A stretch of 64,000 nt of DNA from Camelus ferus (GCF_009834535.1 NC_045698.1:5396001-5460000), one strand, 5' to 3'; counted from the stretch's first letter, positions 26,401-40,500 are shown. Made by a program: numbers and translations. The notes: generated by a model from the sequence alone, not told the origin.

Positions 26401-29309
26401 TTCAGTCACCCAGGAAATTGTTCACCAGAGTTAGGTTCCCAGGGAACATGATGCAGTTAATGGGACACTTCCCTCCTCCAACAGACACTTCCTTCTTCCT
26501 CTGTTCTCCACCCCTGGGTGCTTTGGAAAACCTGGCCAATGAGCTGGGGAGGGTCAGGGTGGAAGCATGAGGAGGAGAGAGAGTAGAAGCCAACCCTGCC
26601 CCTCCCACCCTGCAGACACCCCCCCCCCCCCACCGCAGGCCCACGCTGGGGAGGTCGAGGGCCAGACATTCAGTCGGGATCTGATTTTTGACTTCTTGTT
26701 GGACTAGACACTTAAATTATTGACGAGGGGACTCATATTACCCATGAAGAACAAGAAGTGTCATGACGGTGTTCCAAGTTTTCATCCAGAGTTGGGGAAA
26801 AACTAGTCCCACTCAATAAACTGAAAAGGACAGTGGGCACAGAAATGCAGTTGCTTAGTGATTGTTCTTCCATTACTTGAGCTCTTTGGGCAGAATGGTT
26901 ACATGTGAGTGAATGTTGAATGCCGTCTAAGCTTCCTTCCAGTTCCAAAGCTCATCAATGCTTCCTGGCAGCTGTGTGCTGGATGAGAGTCACCTGTGCA
27001 CCGGATGAAGGTCACCTGTGCTAGACCCTGAATTCCAAACTCTCCTCAAAGGCTTCCCACCTGCCCTGCCCCCACCCTCAGATCCTCTAGAAGTAGAAAA
27101 GAAGCTCAGGTCATCAACCAATCAGCCTGTGGTCCTCTCTGGCCCCAAGCCCAACCCGAAGACCTGAGGGAACCTCACATGAGTTTATTTAGGGTAGGGC
27201 TCTAAGCCCTGCAGGTTTCATTGGCTCTAATGAATTTGTAAAGCTTCCTATTTGTGAGGTTCCCCTGATTCTCAAGTGCAGTCTTGTGGAATACCAGAGC
27301 CAGGGACCAGGGGCTCAGAGATCCCCACTCACCCTTGGTGTTTCTCTGAGGGTTTGCAGCCTGCAGTCCGAGCCCCCAGCAGCGCTTGGAGCCTGCAGAG
27401 TGCCAGACCAGGACTCCAGAGGTTAGTCCTGGCCCCTCAGCCAACAGGAGACTTGGTGTGTCTTCTAACTCCCCTGAACTTCCATTTCCTCGTTTGTCCT
27501 GTGGTTCTTAATGAAGGCTGCACAGCAGGATAACCCATGGAGCATCTCAAAAAGCTGCCCAGGCTTGGAGCCCACACCAGGGGCAGGGTTCAGCTGGTCA
27601 CTGGGGAGGCCTGGGTCGCATTTCCTTGAAAGCCCCACTGGTGACTCTCCCAGGCATTCTTATTTGAAGATCATGGAAAGAGATGATGCATCAGACCCCT
27701 TTCAGTGTCAACAACCTAGGTGTTCTGGGGCAGGAGTTCAGAGGACAATGCGAGAGTGTCAACCTGAAGATGTTTGACTGGACTTGAACCCCAGGTGGTT
27801 AAAACCAGCCCGCGTGTCCAAACTGCCAGTTCAGTCTTGCGTTTCATTATCTCATCTCCAGACATTCTTGACGACCCCAGGGGAAAGGAGAAGGGCAAAG
27901 TGACATGACCTGCAAGTGAATCTAGGCCCCCGTTGCCCTAAATCCAGGCAGCACATCTCTGCTCATCTAGGAGACGCAGGGTGCTCTGTCAAGTGCAGCA
28001 TCTGTGAAAGTGAACTCTGCAGTCAGATGGGATAACTGCAACCTTGGGCGAGTAACGTGACTGCTCTGTGCCTAGTTTCCCTGTCTGCAGATTGAGAATA
28101 AAAGGAAAGGCTTGCCGTCAGGGGCAAGTTAGTGCTTGGAGAGTGCTGGGAAGCGTGCATGTCCTGCCATGCAGCGGGTACTCACGCAGGGCTGGTGATT
28201 TTCGTGTGTGTTCTGGACATCATCACCGTTCCCCAGAGGGTCCCTCTGGCTGACGTCAGCAGACACTGGGGAAATGCAGGGAAAAGCATATATGTATCCT
28301 TGCCTTCTTTTCATTAAGAATAGGGAAGTCACTGGCATTCATGCTACTCCTGTGAAACTGGCATTTTTAACTAGAACAGGCTTCTAGGATTTTCTGTCTC
28401 CCCTGTTGCGCTGCCACCCTGGCTTAGCCAGTGTCACTGGAACCTAAACTTGGCAATGACACGTGCCACCAGCTGTTTTCACAGGAGATGAGCATTCACA
28501 AAGACAATGTTTCAGAGAGAGGAAGTGCAGGTCTGCACAGAGAGCCAGCTCACCCACGCTGACAGCAGCGTAGAAAAGGAAGACCTTGATTGTATTGCTC
28601 ATGTGTCTTATACCGACAATGAGGCAGAGGCAGAGGCAGAAGGCGTCACAGGCTGGCTGGCCCTGAGAACAGGAGGAAGATGAGTCTAGCTTTTCCAGGA
28701 AGTAGTCGTGACCTGCCATGGGTCGCTGTGTGTTGAGACCTCGGTGGAGGAAGGATGGTTCTTCTGAGAGGGCATCACACCTCGGAGTGTGGTGCTTGGA
28801 GTGCAGTGCAGTGCTCGCTCCCTGCCAAGGGATTCTTCTCAGTGCCCTGGAGAGCAGAGCACACGGGTCACATTCACGCAGGGTGGATGCCCTCACTCTG
28901 CCCAGCACACAGGAAGCGCCAGTCACTAGCGTTCTTTCGTCCACTCAGAGGTCGCCATCCTGTTTAGCAGAACTTTCCTGGTAGGGGGGGCCTTTCCCAG
29001 GTGTCTGGCACCCACATTGGCACCTGGCCACTCCGCCCATGTCAGACCATGCGAGGGCCCCAAGGAGCCAGCACCCATGGGAGAGCAGACCCCCACGCCC
29101 ACATGGCCACCCTTCCTTTCTGAAATCTCCACTGAACTTGAAGGTTTCACTGTATGTTGGGAAAATCATGGAAACACCATTTCAGTTATGGACACTGTAA
29201 TTTTACTCATGCCTATGGACGAAGAGCCGTGTGCCTCTTTCTTTTTAAAAACAAAAGGATATCCTGAGCATTATTATTGGTGTCTAATACGATGTGGGTA
29301 AGTAGTCTG

Positions 29310-29918
29310 AGGAATTTCACTAGGTCTTACATCCAGAGGAAGCTCTGATTCAGAAGGATACTTGCACCCCAGTGCTCATGGCAGCGGTGTTTACAACAGC
29401 CAAGACATGGAAACAGCCTAAGTGTCCATCGACAGATGGCTGCATAAGGAAGTAGTGGTGTATTTACAATGGAATACTACTCAGCCATGCAAAAGTAAAA
29501 GAATGCCATGTGCAGCCAGAAATTTCTGTAAGCCAGAAAGAGAAAGAAAAGTGCTATGTACCACTTATATGTGGAATCAAAAAAGAAAAAAGAGGACACA
29601 AATGAACTTATTTACAAAACAGAGACAGACTCACAGATGTAGAAAACAGACTTTTGGTTACCAGGAAAGTGGGAAGGGATACCTTGGGAGTTTAGGATTT
29701 GTAGATACTAACTACTAGATATAAAGTGGAGAAACAAGGTTCTACCGTACAGCACAGGGAACTATATTCAATGCCTTGTAATGGCCTATAATGGGAAAGA
29801 ATATGAAAAGGAATATATATATATATATACACATGTATATAAATAATCAGTGTGATCTACACCAGAAATTAACACCACATTGTTAAATCAACTATACTTC
29901 AATTTTAAAAAAAAGAAA
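29310..29918 (+). mobile_element. 5'-truncated LINE-1 (ORF2 end and 3' UTR), artiodactyl-type
   Basis: agccaagacatggaaacagcctaagtgtccatcgacagat ... agcacagggaactatattcaa ... aatcaactatacttcaattttaaaaaaaa. Confidence 0.88.
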
Positions 29919-30353
29919 TAACTTGGTGGGTTTTAGCCGCTCCTTTCAGCAGACACTAAAAAGGAAAATTCATGAAGCCTTCACTCCAAAAGCTGTAGCC
30001 ATAAAGAGTCACTTCAGTACAGTAGTTGGGATGTCATTTGCTGAAGCCAGGAGCCTTTGGTCTCCTGTGATTGTCTGAGGGAAGGAAGAAGAGAGGTTTA
30101 CGTGCAGGGGCGCCTCCTACTAACAGGTGGAAACGGGGAGTGCAGGGTGCGGGTTCTGAGCCCGCACCCCGCTCGCTGGAAGCCTTGACCTGTGATCAGT
30201 GGCTGGTGTCTAGAATGGCCTGGGACTGCGGTGGGGCCGGGGGACTGGGCCCTGGCTGACTCCTTTACCAGCCCTAAGTTAAGGAAACTCTTGGATGAAG
30301 AGCCTGTGTGTTGAAAAGTTTCCTGGTGCTCAGCTCTCCTCTCCCCCCGGCAG

Positions 30354-30500
30354 GAGTTATACCACCAGTCCTACGACTGCGTCTGCGTCATGTTCGCCTC
30401 TATTCCGGATTTCAAAGAGTTCTATACGGAGTCAGACGTGAACAAGGAGGGCTTGGAATGTCTCCGGCTCCTCAACGAGATCATCGCTGACTTTGATGAT
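30354..30500 (+). CDS. ADCY2: Adenylate cyclase 2, coding exon (~exon 21; C2a catalytic domain)
   Basis: Boundaries cggcag|GAG ... GAT GAT|gtaggt, 147 nt. Translates [49 protein letters not shown]. Confidence 0.97.
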
Positions 30501-32230
30501 GTAGGTACTTCAGAGTTACCCTTGATGGGCGGGGGGAAGCCCCAGGCCCACACGCTGGCATTCCTGTGGGCTGGCAAGCCTGAAGTTAGCCCAGTATCTT
30601 GGAATATCTTAAACTTGCCTTTTGGCCTAATCTCTGGTGTTGGGCATTAAAGCTTTTTGCTGTGTTCAGGTCACTGAGTCGTTGGGGTGAGGCAAACACA
30701 TACTATTTTTAAAGCTAGCATGAGTGCTAGGAACAACTACCAACATCCGGTCAATAAATATCTACCCAGTGTGCACATGGATTTTCTTGAAAGGCTTGAA
30801 GTCCAAGGAAAATACTCGCTCATCTCTTTATATGTAAAAAGATAATGAATATATTTATCACAGTAGATTATTGGCATGTCTGTCAGATATCAACCTAAAG
30901 GGGGCGTGGGTGGCATCCTTTATTATTGAAAACCAATAGGCATGGGGTGAAATGTATTTTAGAAGGGACAAAATGAATGTTTTAGATTCTGAAATAGATG
31001 TCATTTCTCAGTGTTCAATTTTCTGCCTACAAAGGCAACAGCGCATTTCGTGTTCTAGTAAGAACAAACAGACCTCTCTCTGGTTTTGAGGATGTTGCTA
31101 CCACACCATTCTTAACAATATTGTGCAAATATAGGAAAATTGACATCCGTGAACATAGCTTCATCGTGATTCGTGGAACTTTGAAATACAGTGATGAAAC
31201 TGCGTCATATGATGGTTTCAGGCCAACCTTCTAAATGTCTTGTGGGACCTGTGCATTTCTCACTGCTGCTGTCGCCATGAGGTTAACTCAAGGCTCTTGG
31301 TGAAGTAATGACACTAGACATTTCCACTCGTATGCCCCGTTCATAGTGGAAAACGGTGGCACGTTTGCTCCAGCTGCCGCTCAGTAGAATAAATGTTCTC
31401 CAGTACCAGGGGGTGAGTGACAGTGTTTGTTCAGGTTGGCCTGGCTCAGGGACGTGTGACAGTGGGCTTTATCACCTATCTTAGATTCTCTAACGTGTGA
31501 TCTGGAAAGAATCTCCTCTGAAAGCCGGGTACCAAGGAAGGGTCAGGAAGATGCTCCCAGCCTTCTGTTAATGCCATTCTTCTCCTGAGCAGACACAGAA
31601 TCTTCCAGAGTTTCCCTCATGTGTTCTCCCACCCAGTCTTTCTCTTCCCTACGGCTTCTATTTTGACCTTTTCTCCGTTCCCTAACGAAGTGGATGGGGA
31701 AGAGCCCAGTAGGAAGCTGGTTACTGATGCCAGAAACTGGGACAAAGGTTATTAGGGTGAGGGCTGGTGGGGGAAGCCACTCTAGATCTCTGTTCCTTCC
31801 ACTCCCAGTTTCCAGAGAGCGAAAGCCAGTCCTCAGCACTGCAGTTGGGCGTACGTTACCGTCACCATGCAAGGAAGACCCCACTCACTGAATCCTGCTT
31901 TTATATTTAGGCCTTTCAGACACAGAGGGGGAGATTTATTTGTGGTCATTATCACCCACATCATCATTTATCCTATTTCCTTCAGTAGCAAATTCTGAAA
32001 GGTAATTCATGTGAATTAGAAGCAAATCATTGTACCGCAGTTCCTTCCAAGGGCACACTCTTTGTGAAGTGCGTGAAGTGCTCTTTCCCAGTGAAGCCCA
32101 AGGTCGAAGGGTGAATAGGCATGTCAGGTTCACACTACTGTGAAACTGGAATTTGGGAACGCCTCTAGAACGTGCGTGGCCTTGGGTCGGCACCCGGTGG
32201 AGTAACCAGATGATTGTCCTTGCTTCCCAG

Positions 32231-32338
32231 CTGCTGTCCAAGCCGAAGTTCAGCGGAGTTGAGAAGATCAAGACCATCGGCAGCACGTACATGGCAGCGA
32301 CGGGTCTGAGCGCCGTGCCCAGCCAGGAGCACGCCCAG
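32231..32338 (+). CDS. ADCY2: Adenylate cyclase 2, coding exon (~exon 22)
   Basis: Boundaries tcccag|CTG ... GCC CAG|gtacag, 108 nt. Translates LLSKPKFSGVEKIKTIGSTYMAATGLSAVPSQEHAQ, which includes the adenine-specifying KIKTIG motif. Confidence 0.97.
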
Positions 32339-33220
32339 GTACAGACAGCGGCCCACGCCTGAGCCCCGGCCCCGCACACAGGGCGCCCGAGCCACAGCCA
32401 GAACGGTCAGGCAGGCAGCGAGTGACCCACCAACTGTGTCGCAGGCACGAGCTCAGCCTCAGGGATTAAGGGCTCATGAGAAAAGATGAGAATCCGGGAG
32501 GCTTCCGAGGGTCTGTTCGCAGAGCTCCTTTCTCTGGCGGACAAGGTGGCAAAAACCAGCCAATCCCATAGCTGCTCGACACCAGACAAATACACAGGAA
32601 AGTCGCTTAGAGCTGTTTACATAAAGGTGACTCGTTACAGGGGGGCTCCTTGTCTTCTGATTTAAAGCAGTGTGGTCGGAAAACAAGCTGACCACCTCGA
32701 AATTTGGTTGAAAAGGAAATTTGGAGAAAATTGAGCATCACCTAGGGCTTTTGAGGATTTTGTGTCAGGTTGTGTTCTGTTTCTGAGTGTGTGGGTGGGT
32801 GTATGCTTGGGAACTCGTGGGTCAACAAACAAGACGTGCCTTTCCCCTCAGGACGGTGGGCTCCCTGCCCGGCACCCGCTCGCCTCCCGTGGGGCTGAGG
32901 CGGTGGGCGCCGCACAGAGGAACAGAACTTTCCAGAGCACAGCTTGCTGTAGGCAGGTGGAGTCCCCCAAAGGGAGGACGAGCTCAGCCCCCACGTGCCC
33001 AGCTTGCCCCCCACCCCCACCGCCCACGGCGGGGCAGCAGCTTGCTCCAACAGGGCCGCCCCTCCACGAAGGTCAGGAGACCGTCCTCTTCCCTCTTAAT
33101 ATTCTGGGCCAGAGGCTGGGCCGGGAGACATCCGCGTCACAGTTAACACAGGTATTTTCCCAAGTGAACAGGGTAATATGTATTCCATGTCCTCTCCTCA
33201 GGCGTTCGCTCCCAGATTAT

Positions 33221-33461
33221 TATTTTTTCTTTTTTTTTAATTTTATTTTTTATTGAAGTGTAGTTGATGTACAGTGTTAGTTTCAGGTGTACAGCAAAGC
33301 GATTCAGCTGAACATACACATACATTTATACATACATATATTTTCAGATTCTTTACTATTATAGTTTATTTCGAGACATTGAATATAGTTCCCTGTGCTC
33401 TACAGCAGGTCCTCGTTATCTGTTTTATATATAGTAGTGTGTATCTGTTTATCCCAGACTC
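33221..33461 (-). mobile_element. LINE-1 3' UTR fragment with poly(A) tail (poly-T on +)
   Basis: tttttattgaagtgtagttgat...ttgaatatagttccctgtgct, the reverse counterpart of the element at 29.3-29.9 kb. Confidence 0.85.
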
Positions 33462-33909
33462 AATGATTATTTTTCAATGCACTACTTCAGGGATAAAGAG
33501 AAGAAACAGGCAGTAAGGTAAACCTGGGAAGAACCCATCTCAGGCCCTAAGCAGCTCCCTTAAGCGGGCGCCCCTGTTTACGTGGGGTTGTGTATCTTTA
33601 AGGGTTGGGTTTTTATTGCCAGAATGTTAAAGTGTTGAAAAACTGCTGGGAATTTGTAAAATAAAGATATTAAAATGCACAACATTATTTTAATTTCAAA
33701 TATCTTATTTAGACTCCAAGCAGAACTAATTCTGTTTTTACTTTCCTGGCTTTAGTAGAGGAAAACATACTTTTCAACACCTTAAATAATCTGGAAAAAA
33801 TTATCCGTTAAAAGAGTAACATAAAATTATGTGTACAGGGAGGGACGTATCTTCTGTTGCCTCGGGCTCTCAGATGCTCAGCACAGCCCTGTCAGAACCC
33901 GGTTCAAGA

Positions 33910-34136
33910 GTCGGCCCAGGGCCGTACTAAACCCCGCAGGCTGGACAGCTTAAACAACAGAGATTGGTTTTGTCAGAGCTCCGGAGCTGGAGGTCCCGGA
34001 TCGGATCGAGGCCCTGCGGGCAGGGCTCCTGGTGAGGGCGCTCTTCCTGGCTTGAGAGAGAGGGAGGGAGGGAGGGAGACCTTGTGGGTAGGACTTCAAG
34101 ATAGGAATTCGAGGGGGGCACAGTTCAGTTCACAGC
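33910..34136 (-). mobile_element. Internally deleted MLT1-type LTR
   Basis: gcttaaacaacagagatt...ctggaggtcc...tcctggtgagggcgctcttcctggcttg ... ggggggcacagttcagttcacag. Confidence 0.6.
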
Positions 34137-34311
34137 CTTGTCTTTGGTGAAATTTCAGTATTTTAGTTCATTCTGGAATCTTCTGCATTAACGTTGATTT
34201 TCTAACCATGCGGTAGGGTACTCTTTCTCATGATTTTGAGCTTTTGGGTGTCCCCTTAAATTCTGCACCTGAGGCGAGTGCCTCACTCTCTTTGCCCTCA
34301 TCCCAGCCCTG
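34137..34311. mobile_element. hAT MITE fragment (MER96B-like)
   Basis: ccccttaaattctgcacctgaggcgagtgcctcactc...cccagccctg resembles the recalled MER96/MER96B terminus. Confidence 0.55.
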
Positions 34312-35669
34312 ACCCAGAGGCCTCTCCAGCTCATCTCCCCTCCTGTGGGCCACGTGGGGCACCTGACCCAGTCACCCCACCTCCAGACCTTAGCTCCCGA
34401 CAGCCTTGGTGAGGATCCGCAGAGGCACCAGCACATGAGACCCACCCAGCACTCGGGGTCTGTGGGGGGGTCCATCCTCCATCATCCCTTCAGTCTACCG
34501 TGTCCGCCTGTCTCCCTGATCCTGACTCTGCCTCCACAAGACTCTGGTCTCCTAGATCCTCACCCAGTGTCTCCAGGCCTGTTCTCACCCTTCCCTAATT
34601 TTTTGCACAGTTTTTGGATGGATAGCCCTCATCCCTGACCCTCACCAATGCTGATGTCAGACATTCCACTCTTAAAGGTCAGGAAGCACTTCCAAATTCC
34701 AAAATCCAAGTCGGATTGCATTCCATCTGTTGCCTCTCATAGAGCCGGTGGCTGCCTCCTCTGGGAAGTCCTCTCCCGCTCAGCTTCCAGGCCCTTCACT
34801 TTCATGCATCCTCCTGCAGTCCTCCTCTGCTGACATGTCCCTGTTCTCTTCCCAATCCCTCCTCTCCATCAGGGATCTCAAGTAAGACTTGGTCTACCCA
34901 CCTGTGTATTCACCCCTGCCCAAACCATTATCCACCTTCCTCGCCATCAGGCCACACTGGGGTCTCACATTTCCAGCTTTCCAGGGACACCCAGCTCTCT
35001 GACACCACCCACACCTTCTTGTCCTCTCCACTCCCAGGGCAGGGGCCCCCTGACCCACGTCCTCCCTCTCCCTCCAGTGTCCTCACCAGCCCTCAAACGT
35101 GCACTGTGCTTTTGTGCCAAGCAACACCAAGGTCTACTCAGATGGCCTTCAGGCCGGGTGCACCCACCACCTGCATCAGAGCCACCTGTGCTGGTTGCTG
35201 GGCGTGGTCTCCAGACACCTAGGAGTGGGGGTGGGAGCTGGAAAGCCCATTTCTGCAGTTTCCCCAGGCGATTCTGATGTGAGGGGGAGACACCCTGTTT
35301 TCAGATCTCACCCAGCAGCAGCGCCACGGCTCCCTCTTTCATAGGAGCCTCTCCTGCACCCTGACCGGGGGAGCCTTGCCTCACCCGACTTCCTGTGTCT
35401 AGACCCTGTTTCCTTTCCTCCCACGTGCTTTCCTGCTTACCTGTCGATGTGCGTTGCTTATCCAACATCCAGGTTGTAGCAGGTGCTGGGTCTTATGCGG
35501 TGTTCCCAGAGTCCCCAGCAGGGGGCTCTGTGCAGAGAGATTGGACGTGCGGTTCCATGAATGATCAAGTGCGTGCCGCCCTACTCCCCGGAACAGCATC
35601 TCACATCCCTCACTCCGTTGTACAGACCTGCTCCTCCAGTGCAAACCTTCTCCTTTTTCTCCTGCCGTC

Positions 35670-35850
35670 TTTGAACACTTACTAAGTGCCTCTGGAGTCT
35701 TTACCTTAAACAAGCGTAGGAGACGCCCCACCCCGGCCCTTTCTGCAGAAGGAGAAACTGAGGCACAGCAATGCAGTAGCTTGCCCAAGATTGTAGAGAG
35801 AACAGGCCGCTGCAGAGCAGGGCTGCAGACCCGCGCACTGCGGGCGCAGG
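35670..35850 (-). mobile_element. MIR SINE
   Basis: cagaaggagaaactgaggcacag...gcttgcccaagat core. Confidence 0.6.
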
Positions 35851-37269
35851 GTCACCTCTGTCCGTCAGCAGCTCTCGGGCTGCTTCACCCCCTCCTCTTC
35901 TTCATCAGCCCCCACCAGGCTGGCGTCTGCACCCACGAGTTTGTATCTACACCACTCACCCACTGCTGCTCCCAGCCCTGCCTTAACACAGCACTCCTTT
36001 CACAGGCGCCCTCATCACCCGCACCCACAAAACCTGGCTTCTCAGCTACCCTGGGGCTGCATCCTGACTCCTTCCCCGTCACCAGTGTTAGTAAATGAGT
36101 GTTTGCCTTCATGGTAGGGCGGGAAGAGCATGACTTTCAAGTGAGACTGCGCATTCCTTACCATCAGAGCTGAGCTTTCTGCACTTCAGTGCCCTTTATA
36201 TACAATGGCGATCATACTCATTTCACAAGGCTGTTGAGAAGATGAAATCAGTATGCAGACCGCGCCGTGGCCAGAGCAGGTGACACAGATGCCAATGGAA
36301 ATAATAATACAGCTGTGGTCTGGACAGTTTCTATACTGACACCACTGCCTCCTCCAGCAGGGGAGATAAAAGGGTTTGGGGGCATAAATGAAACACGATA
36401 CGTCCTCACATCCATGCAGGGAGTTTTCACTCCATAGGAGCTATTTTTATTTAGACCATTTCTTTAGAATCTTGGTAAGATCATCCTAGAAATATTTTGA
36501 AGTGCATTGAAGATCTTCTGCAAGTTTATTATGTTTGATTGGGGGGATAACATGCTTGATAAATATTAATATGGGTATTAGTTATTTTTATGAGAAATGA
36601 ACATCCCTTTTGCCTTTTGTAGCCTACCTGTTTCTCTAGTTATAAACAAAAAACTTTCTACATATTGTTTGTAAACCAAAATTTTCTATTTATTGTTTAG
36701 CCAAATATTTAGTTTGACAACAAGATACGTTCAGTTTGCCAAATACATTGGGTTTTCAAGGATTCATGTATTTTTTCTTAAATACAAAAAAGAGGCAAAG
36801 TTATCTAGATAAAAGCCTTTAGAAATTCAGCTTTTGTTCGTAGTCACCTCCGCATTTCCTGCTCGCAGGCGGAGCATAAACGCACAGGAGCTTGTAGGCA
36901 CCTAGTCAGAGCGGGGCTTTAAGTCTGCCTTGTTGCTTCATTTGTGTTGTTTAAGTGAAACAGTACTTTCTCATTTTAAGCTTAAAGGCAACGTGACTAA
37001 ATGGTTGGTTGTGTTACGTGTAACAACTGATTGTGGTTTTTAAAAGAAGCAGGCATTTGTAAAAAATAAAATGTTCCATCGAGAGGAGACTTGCATTCCA
37101 ACCCCACTCTCCTAGTCCCGCGAGCTTGCACCAGAGAGGCAGATGTTCCACGATGACCGTCGGTGTCAGCAGAACCGGGGGCTTGCCCACCTTGGTGGCC
37201 CTTCATCTTCCCATCAGGACCTCATTCCTTTCCAAGCCCCACAGCAGCCCCCTGCTTGTTCCTGGCAAT

Positions 37270-37600
37270 AGCCTTTAGACTTCAAGCCCTGATAGCAAAC
37301 TTGTGGTTGCAAGTATGTTTTTCTTGACTTATGTAGACTTTTTTTTTAAAGGACATCTCAATTAAAAAAAATTATCATTGCCTGCTTCTCCTGAAAATTG
37401 TTAGGTCCCCTAATGGTCATTCCTGGTGACAACAGTCATCGGCTGGAGCAGAGAAGCAGCTGCTCCATTTGGACTTGGCGCCTTCTCCAGTTTACCACAC
37501 TCCACACCATTCCCTATTGCCCCGTTTCCTCGGCTGCACTCTGGAGCCTCACCGACTCACCCCCTGAAGGGACTTTGCCCACCCTATCGTAAAGGAAGTC
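37270..37600. mobile_element. hAT-Charlie fragment (MER102-like)
   Basis: gacaacagtcatcggctggagcagagaagcagctgctcc resembles recalled MER102. Confidence 0.4.
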
Positions 37601-38589
37601 CATCTTTCGTGCCCAAATCAATGAATGGGGTTAACTCTGGTCTTAGCAATTACGTAAATTGGTTTTGATCTTCTAAAAACAAATTTTACTAAGACCTTAA
37701 ATAAGTCAAAAGCAAAGTACAGAGATGAGAGCTTTCCTTTAAACCCATGCTTGATTGTATTTTTGCTGTGATAAGCCAAACCTCTAGCTTTTATTCAGTT
37801 TCAAACAGAGTGATGCCCATGGCCAGCGACACTTTGGAAGGAAATAACTTGTGGTGTCAGAATAATGGGGAACGGAAGAGGCAGAGAAGCAAGAGGTAAC
37901 AGGGAGCTTTTATTCCTATCCAGGTGTGAGTGCTGGTGCTTATTAAAAATTTGTAAGCATTTGGGTTATTGCTCTTTTTTATTATTTTATTTAAAACTTT
38001 ATTTTAAATTCTCTATTTGGAAAAGGTTTCAAATGAGTTTCAAAGTTTATTTATTTATTATATGCAAACAAATCTGACAGCAGGCCAGGGGTGTGGGTGG
38101 AGGGTGGTTGCTGATTTGCAAGCACAACTTCCCACTCTGTCTCTTTCTTGCTGAGTTCGCCCCGTAGACATACCACTGCGGCTAGCGCTAGCATTGCTCT
38201 GTTATTCTGCTCCCTCCATCTGGCAAATCAGATCCCAGGCTCCAAGTGAGCCACTCGTGAGATTCCTGAACTTGCTTGCTCAGTCTGTTAGCCAAACCAA
38301 GCTGACCGACAAAGCACTGAGCAATGAACTCTGCTCATCCACATGCACTGGGTCTGGTTTTCAGCTCCCTCTCTGCCTGAATTAAGAGCTGCTTGGCTGT
38401 TGGAGATTTTGTTTAGCTAGTAGGTCATCCAGCAGACATTTTCTTTACCCGCTATGGCAAGTGCCAGCTCCTTGTTAGTGACAGCCCCTCTGGAACTGCC
38501 CTCCAGAGTTGACAGTCTGGGAAAAGTCATGTATGCAAACAGCAACTCCAACGCTGGGTGAGCATGGATGGTGTCTGGGAATGTTAGAG

Positions 38590-38910
38590 TGTCTCAGCTG
38601 GGCTGCTGTGAAAAAATGCCATAGACTGGGTCACAAATAAGAAACATTTATTTCTCATGGCTCTGAAGGCTGGGGAGGGCCCTCTTCCTGGGTTGCAAAT
38701 GACCGTCTTCTCTGTGTCCTCATGCAGTGCAGATGGAGGGCAGAGAGGGGAGGCAGCTCTCTCCAGTCTCTTCTTATAAGGGCACTAATCCCATTCATGA
38801 GGGCTCCACCCACCTGACCTAATCACCTTCCAAAGGCCCCACCCCCTAATACCATCCCATTGGGAATTAGGCCCCCACATGTGAATTTTGGGGGAACTCA
38901 GACATTAGGA
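38590..38910 (-). mobile_element. MLT1A-type MaLR solo LTR
   Basis: ccatagactggg...acatttatttctca...ttcttataagggcactaatcccattcatgagggctccacc...ccaaaggccccacc. Confidence 0.85.
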
Positions 38911-39434
38911 CACTCCACCAAGTTGACCAGGGAGAAGTCACGAATCATTCTCTGCTCTTCTGCTGCCGGTTTCTTAGTAACTAAAGCGTGTGTTGAAACT
39001 CATAACCATAGTTCCCTTTACTGGAAAAAGTAGAAGATAGTTTTGGTCCCTGCTGAGATGAAAAGCAATATTCCAATGCTGCCTATTTTTGCACAAACAC
39101 CAAAGCTGTCGTGGTGCCTGGGAAGCAGAGAGAAATGCCCTTCTGCTACTAACAGGGAACAAAAACTGAAAGAAGAACCATCACTCTTTGCTGTACAGAC
39201 CGCAAAGCTAAAGGGTACTTAACACGCCAGACACTTAGGTCGTTGTCAAAGCCATAAGTCTGTGCAGGGTGCTCCGTGTGTGGAGGCAGGGGGTGGGGGG
39301 TGGTCCTAAACTGGGGCGTAAAGCAGTTCTTGCTGCCGTTTTCCTCTGTGATGCAAAGTGATGTGCTTCTCTAACCCGCCATGAAGGAAACCAAGTAAGT
39401 CCTGGGCCCCACGGGTGCAGACTGAACACGTTGT

Positions 39435-39605
39435 CCACATGAATTCATCTAATCTTAGCCACAACCCTATGAGACTGGTAGTTATTGCTTCAATTCACAG
39501 ATGAGAAAACTGAGGCCCAGAGCAGTTAAGTGACTCAGCCAAGGCCACACAGCTGATGATTGTAGAACCTGGAGCTGAACCCAACATTGTCTGACTTAAG
39601 AGTGC
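39435..39605 (-). mobile_element. MIR SINE
   Basis: acaaccctatgag...acagatgagaaaactgaggcccagag...ttaagtgactcagccaaggccacacagc. Confidence 0.8.
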
Positions 39606-40294
39606 TAGCAATTATTTAGTGAACTTCTTGGTTTTAGCAAGTAGTGATCAGAGAATAACCAATGATCCTAAGAAATTAAAGAAAGGGGTGAATGAGAGAA
39701 GCATGGCTGAGGGAGATGGGCTTGGGAGCTGAGGAATCAGGATGGAGGGGGCTGTCTGAATCTCAGGTTTCCAATTTAGGGATTTGAAACTGATGACACC
39801 ATTAACAAAAGTACAGGAGTCAAGAATAAGAGCTGTTTATGGGAGATTCAAAGATCATATTAGTTTTAGACTTCCAAGTTTGAGTTTTCACTAAGACATC
39901 CAAGTAGAATTCCAGTCATCCACATGGGTGGCGGCTAGTTCCAGAGCCATGAATGAGCAATTCTTGGTTATAGTTCTCCATCAACGGAATCTCTCTAAGG
40001 CTCATCATCCAACCCATCTGTCTCCATTTGAGTGACAAGACGATCAAGGAAAACTGCTTACCTATTTGTCTACATGTCTGTGCGTATTTTATTTAGATCT
40101 CTCCCTGAAGAAGCTTACAAAAATGAGCACAGCGCAAAAATACTTTTAAATTAATAGACTAAAGTGCAAGGAACCTGAAGGATAAGATAGAAACAAAAAT
40201 GAGGTGATGCCATAAAATGCAAATCAAATAGCAGAGCCCCGACCACAATCTAGCTGTGAACAGGGGAGGAGGCGAGATGGCAGAGGCTAACTGT

Positions 40295-40500
40295 CTAACA
40301 TAAGTGTAGCCACCCCAGCTTTCTTTTCACTTCCATTTGCACTGAACACCTTTTTCCATGCCCTCACTTTCAGTCTGAATGTGTCTTTAGATTTGAAGTG
40401 AGTCTCTTGTAGGCAGCATATATATGGATTTGTTTTTAATCTTATCAGTTGCTCTGTGTCTTTTGACTGGAGTATTTAGTCCATTTACATTTAAAGTAAG
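40295..40500 (-). mobile_element. LINE-1 ORF2 endonuclease-region fragment
   Basis: ccccagctttctttt...ttccatttgc...tcactttcagtctg...gtgagtctcttgtaggcagcatat...ccatttacatttaaagtaa. Confidence 0.8.

Noticed and set aside
30351..30356. NAGNAG tandem acceptors (CAGGAG) at exons 21 and 23 and at the CFAP90 last exon
   Set aside because: GAG is rarely used as a distal acceptor, and there is no evidence of alternative use.
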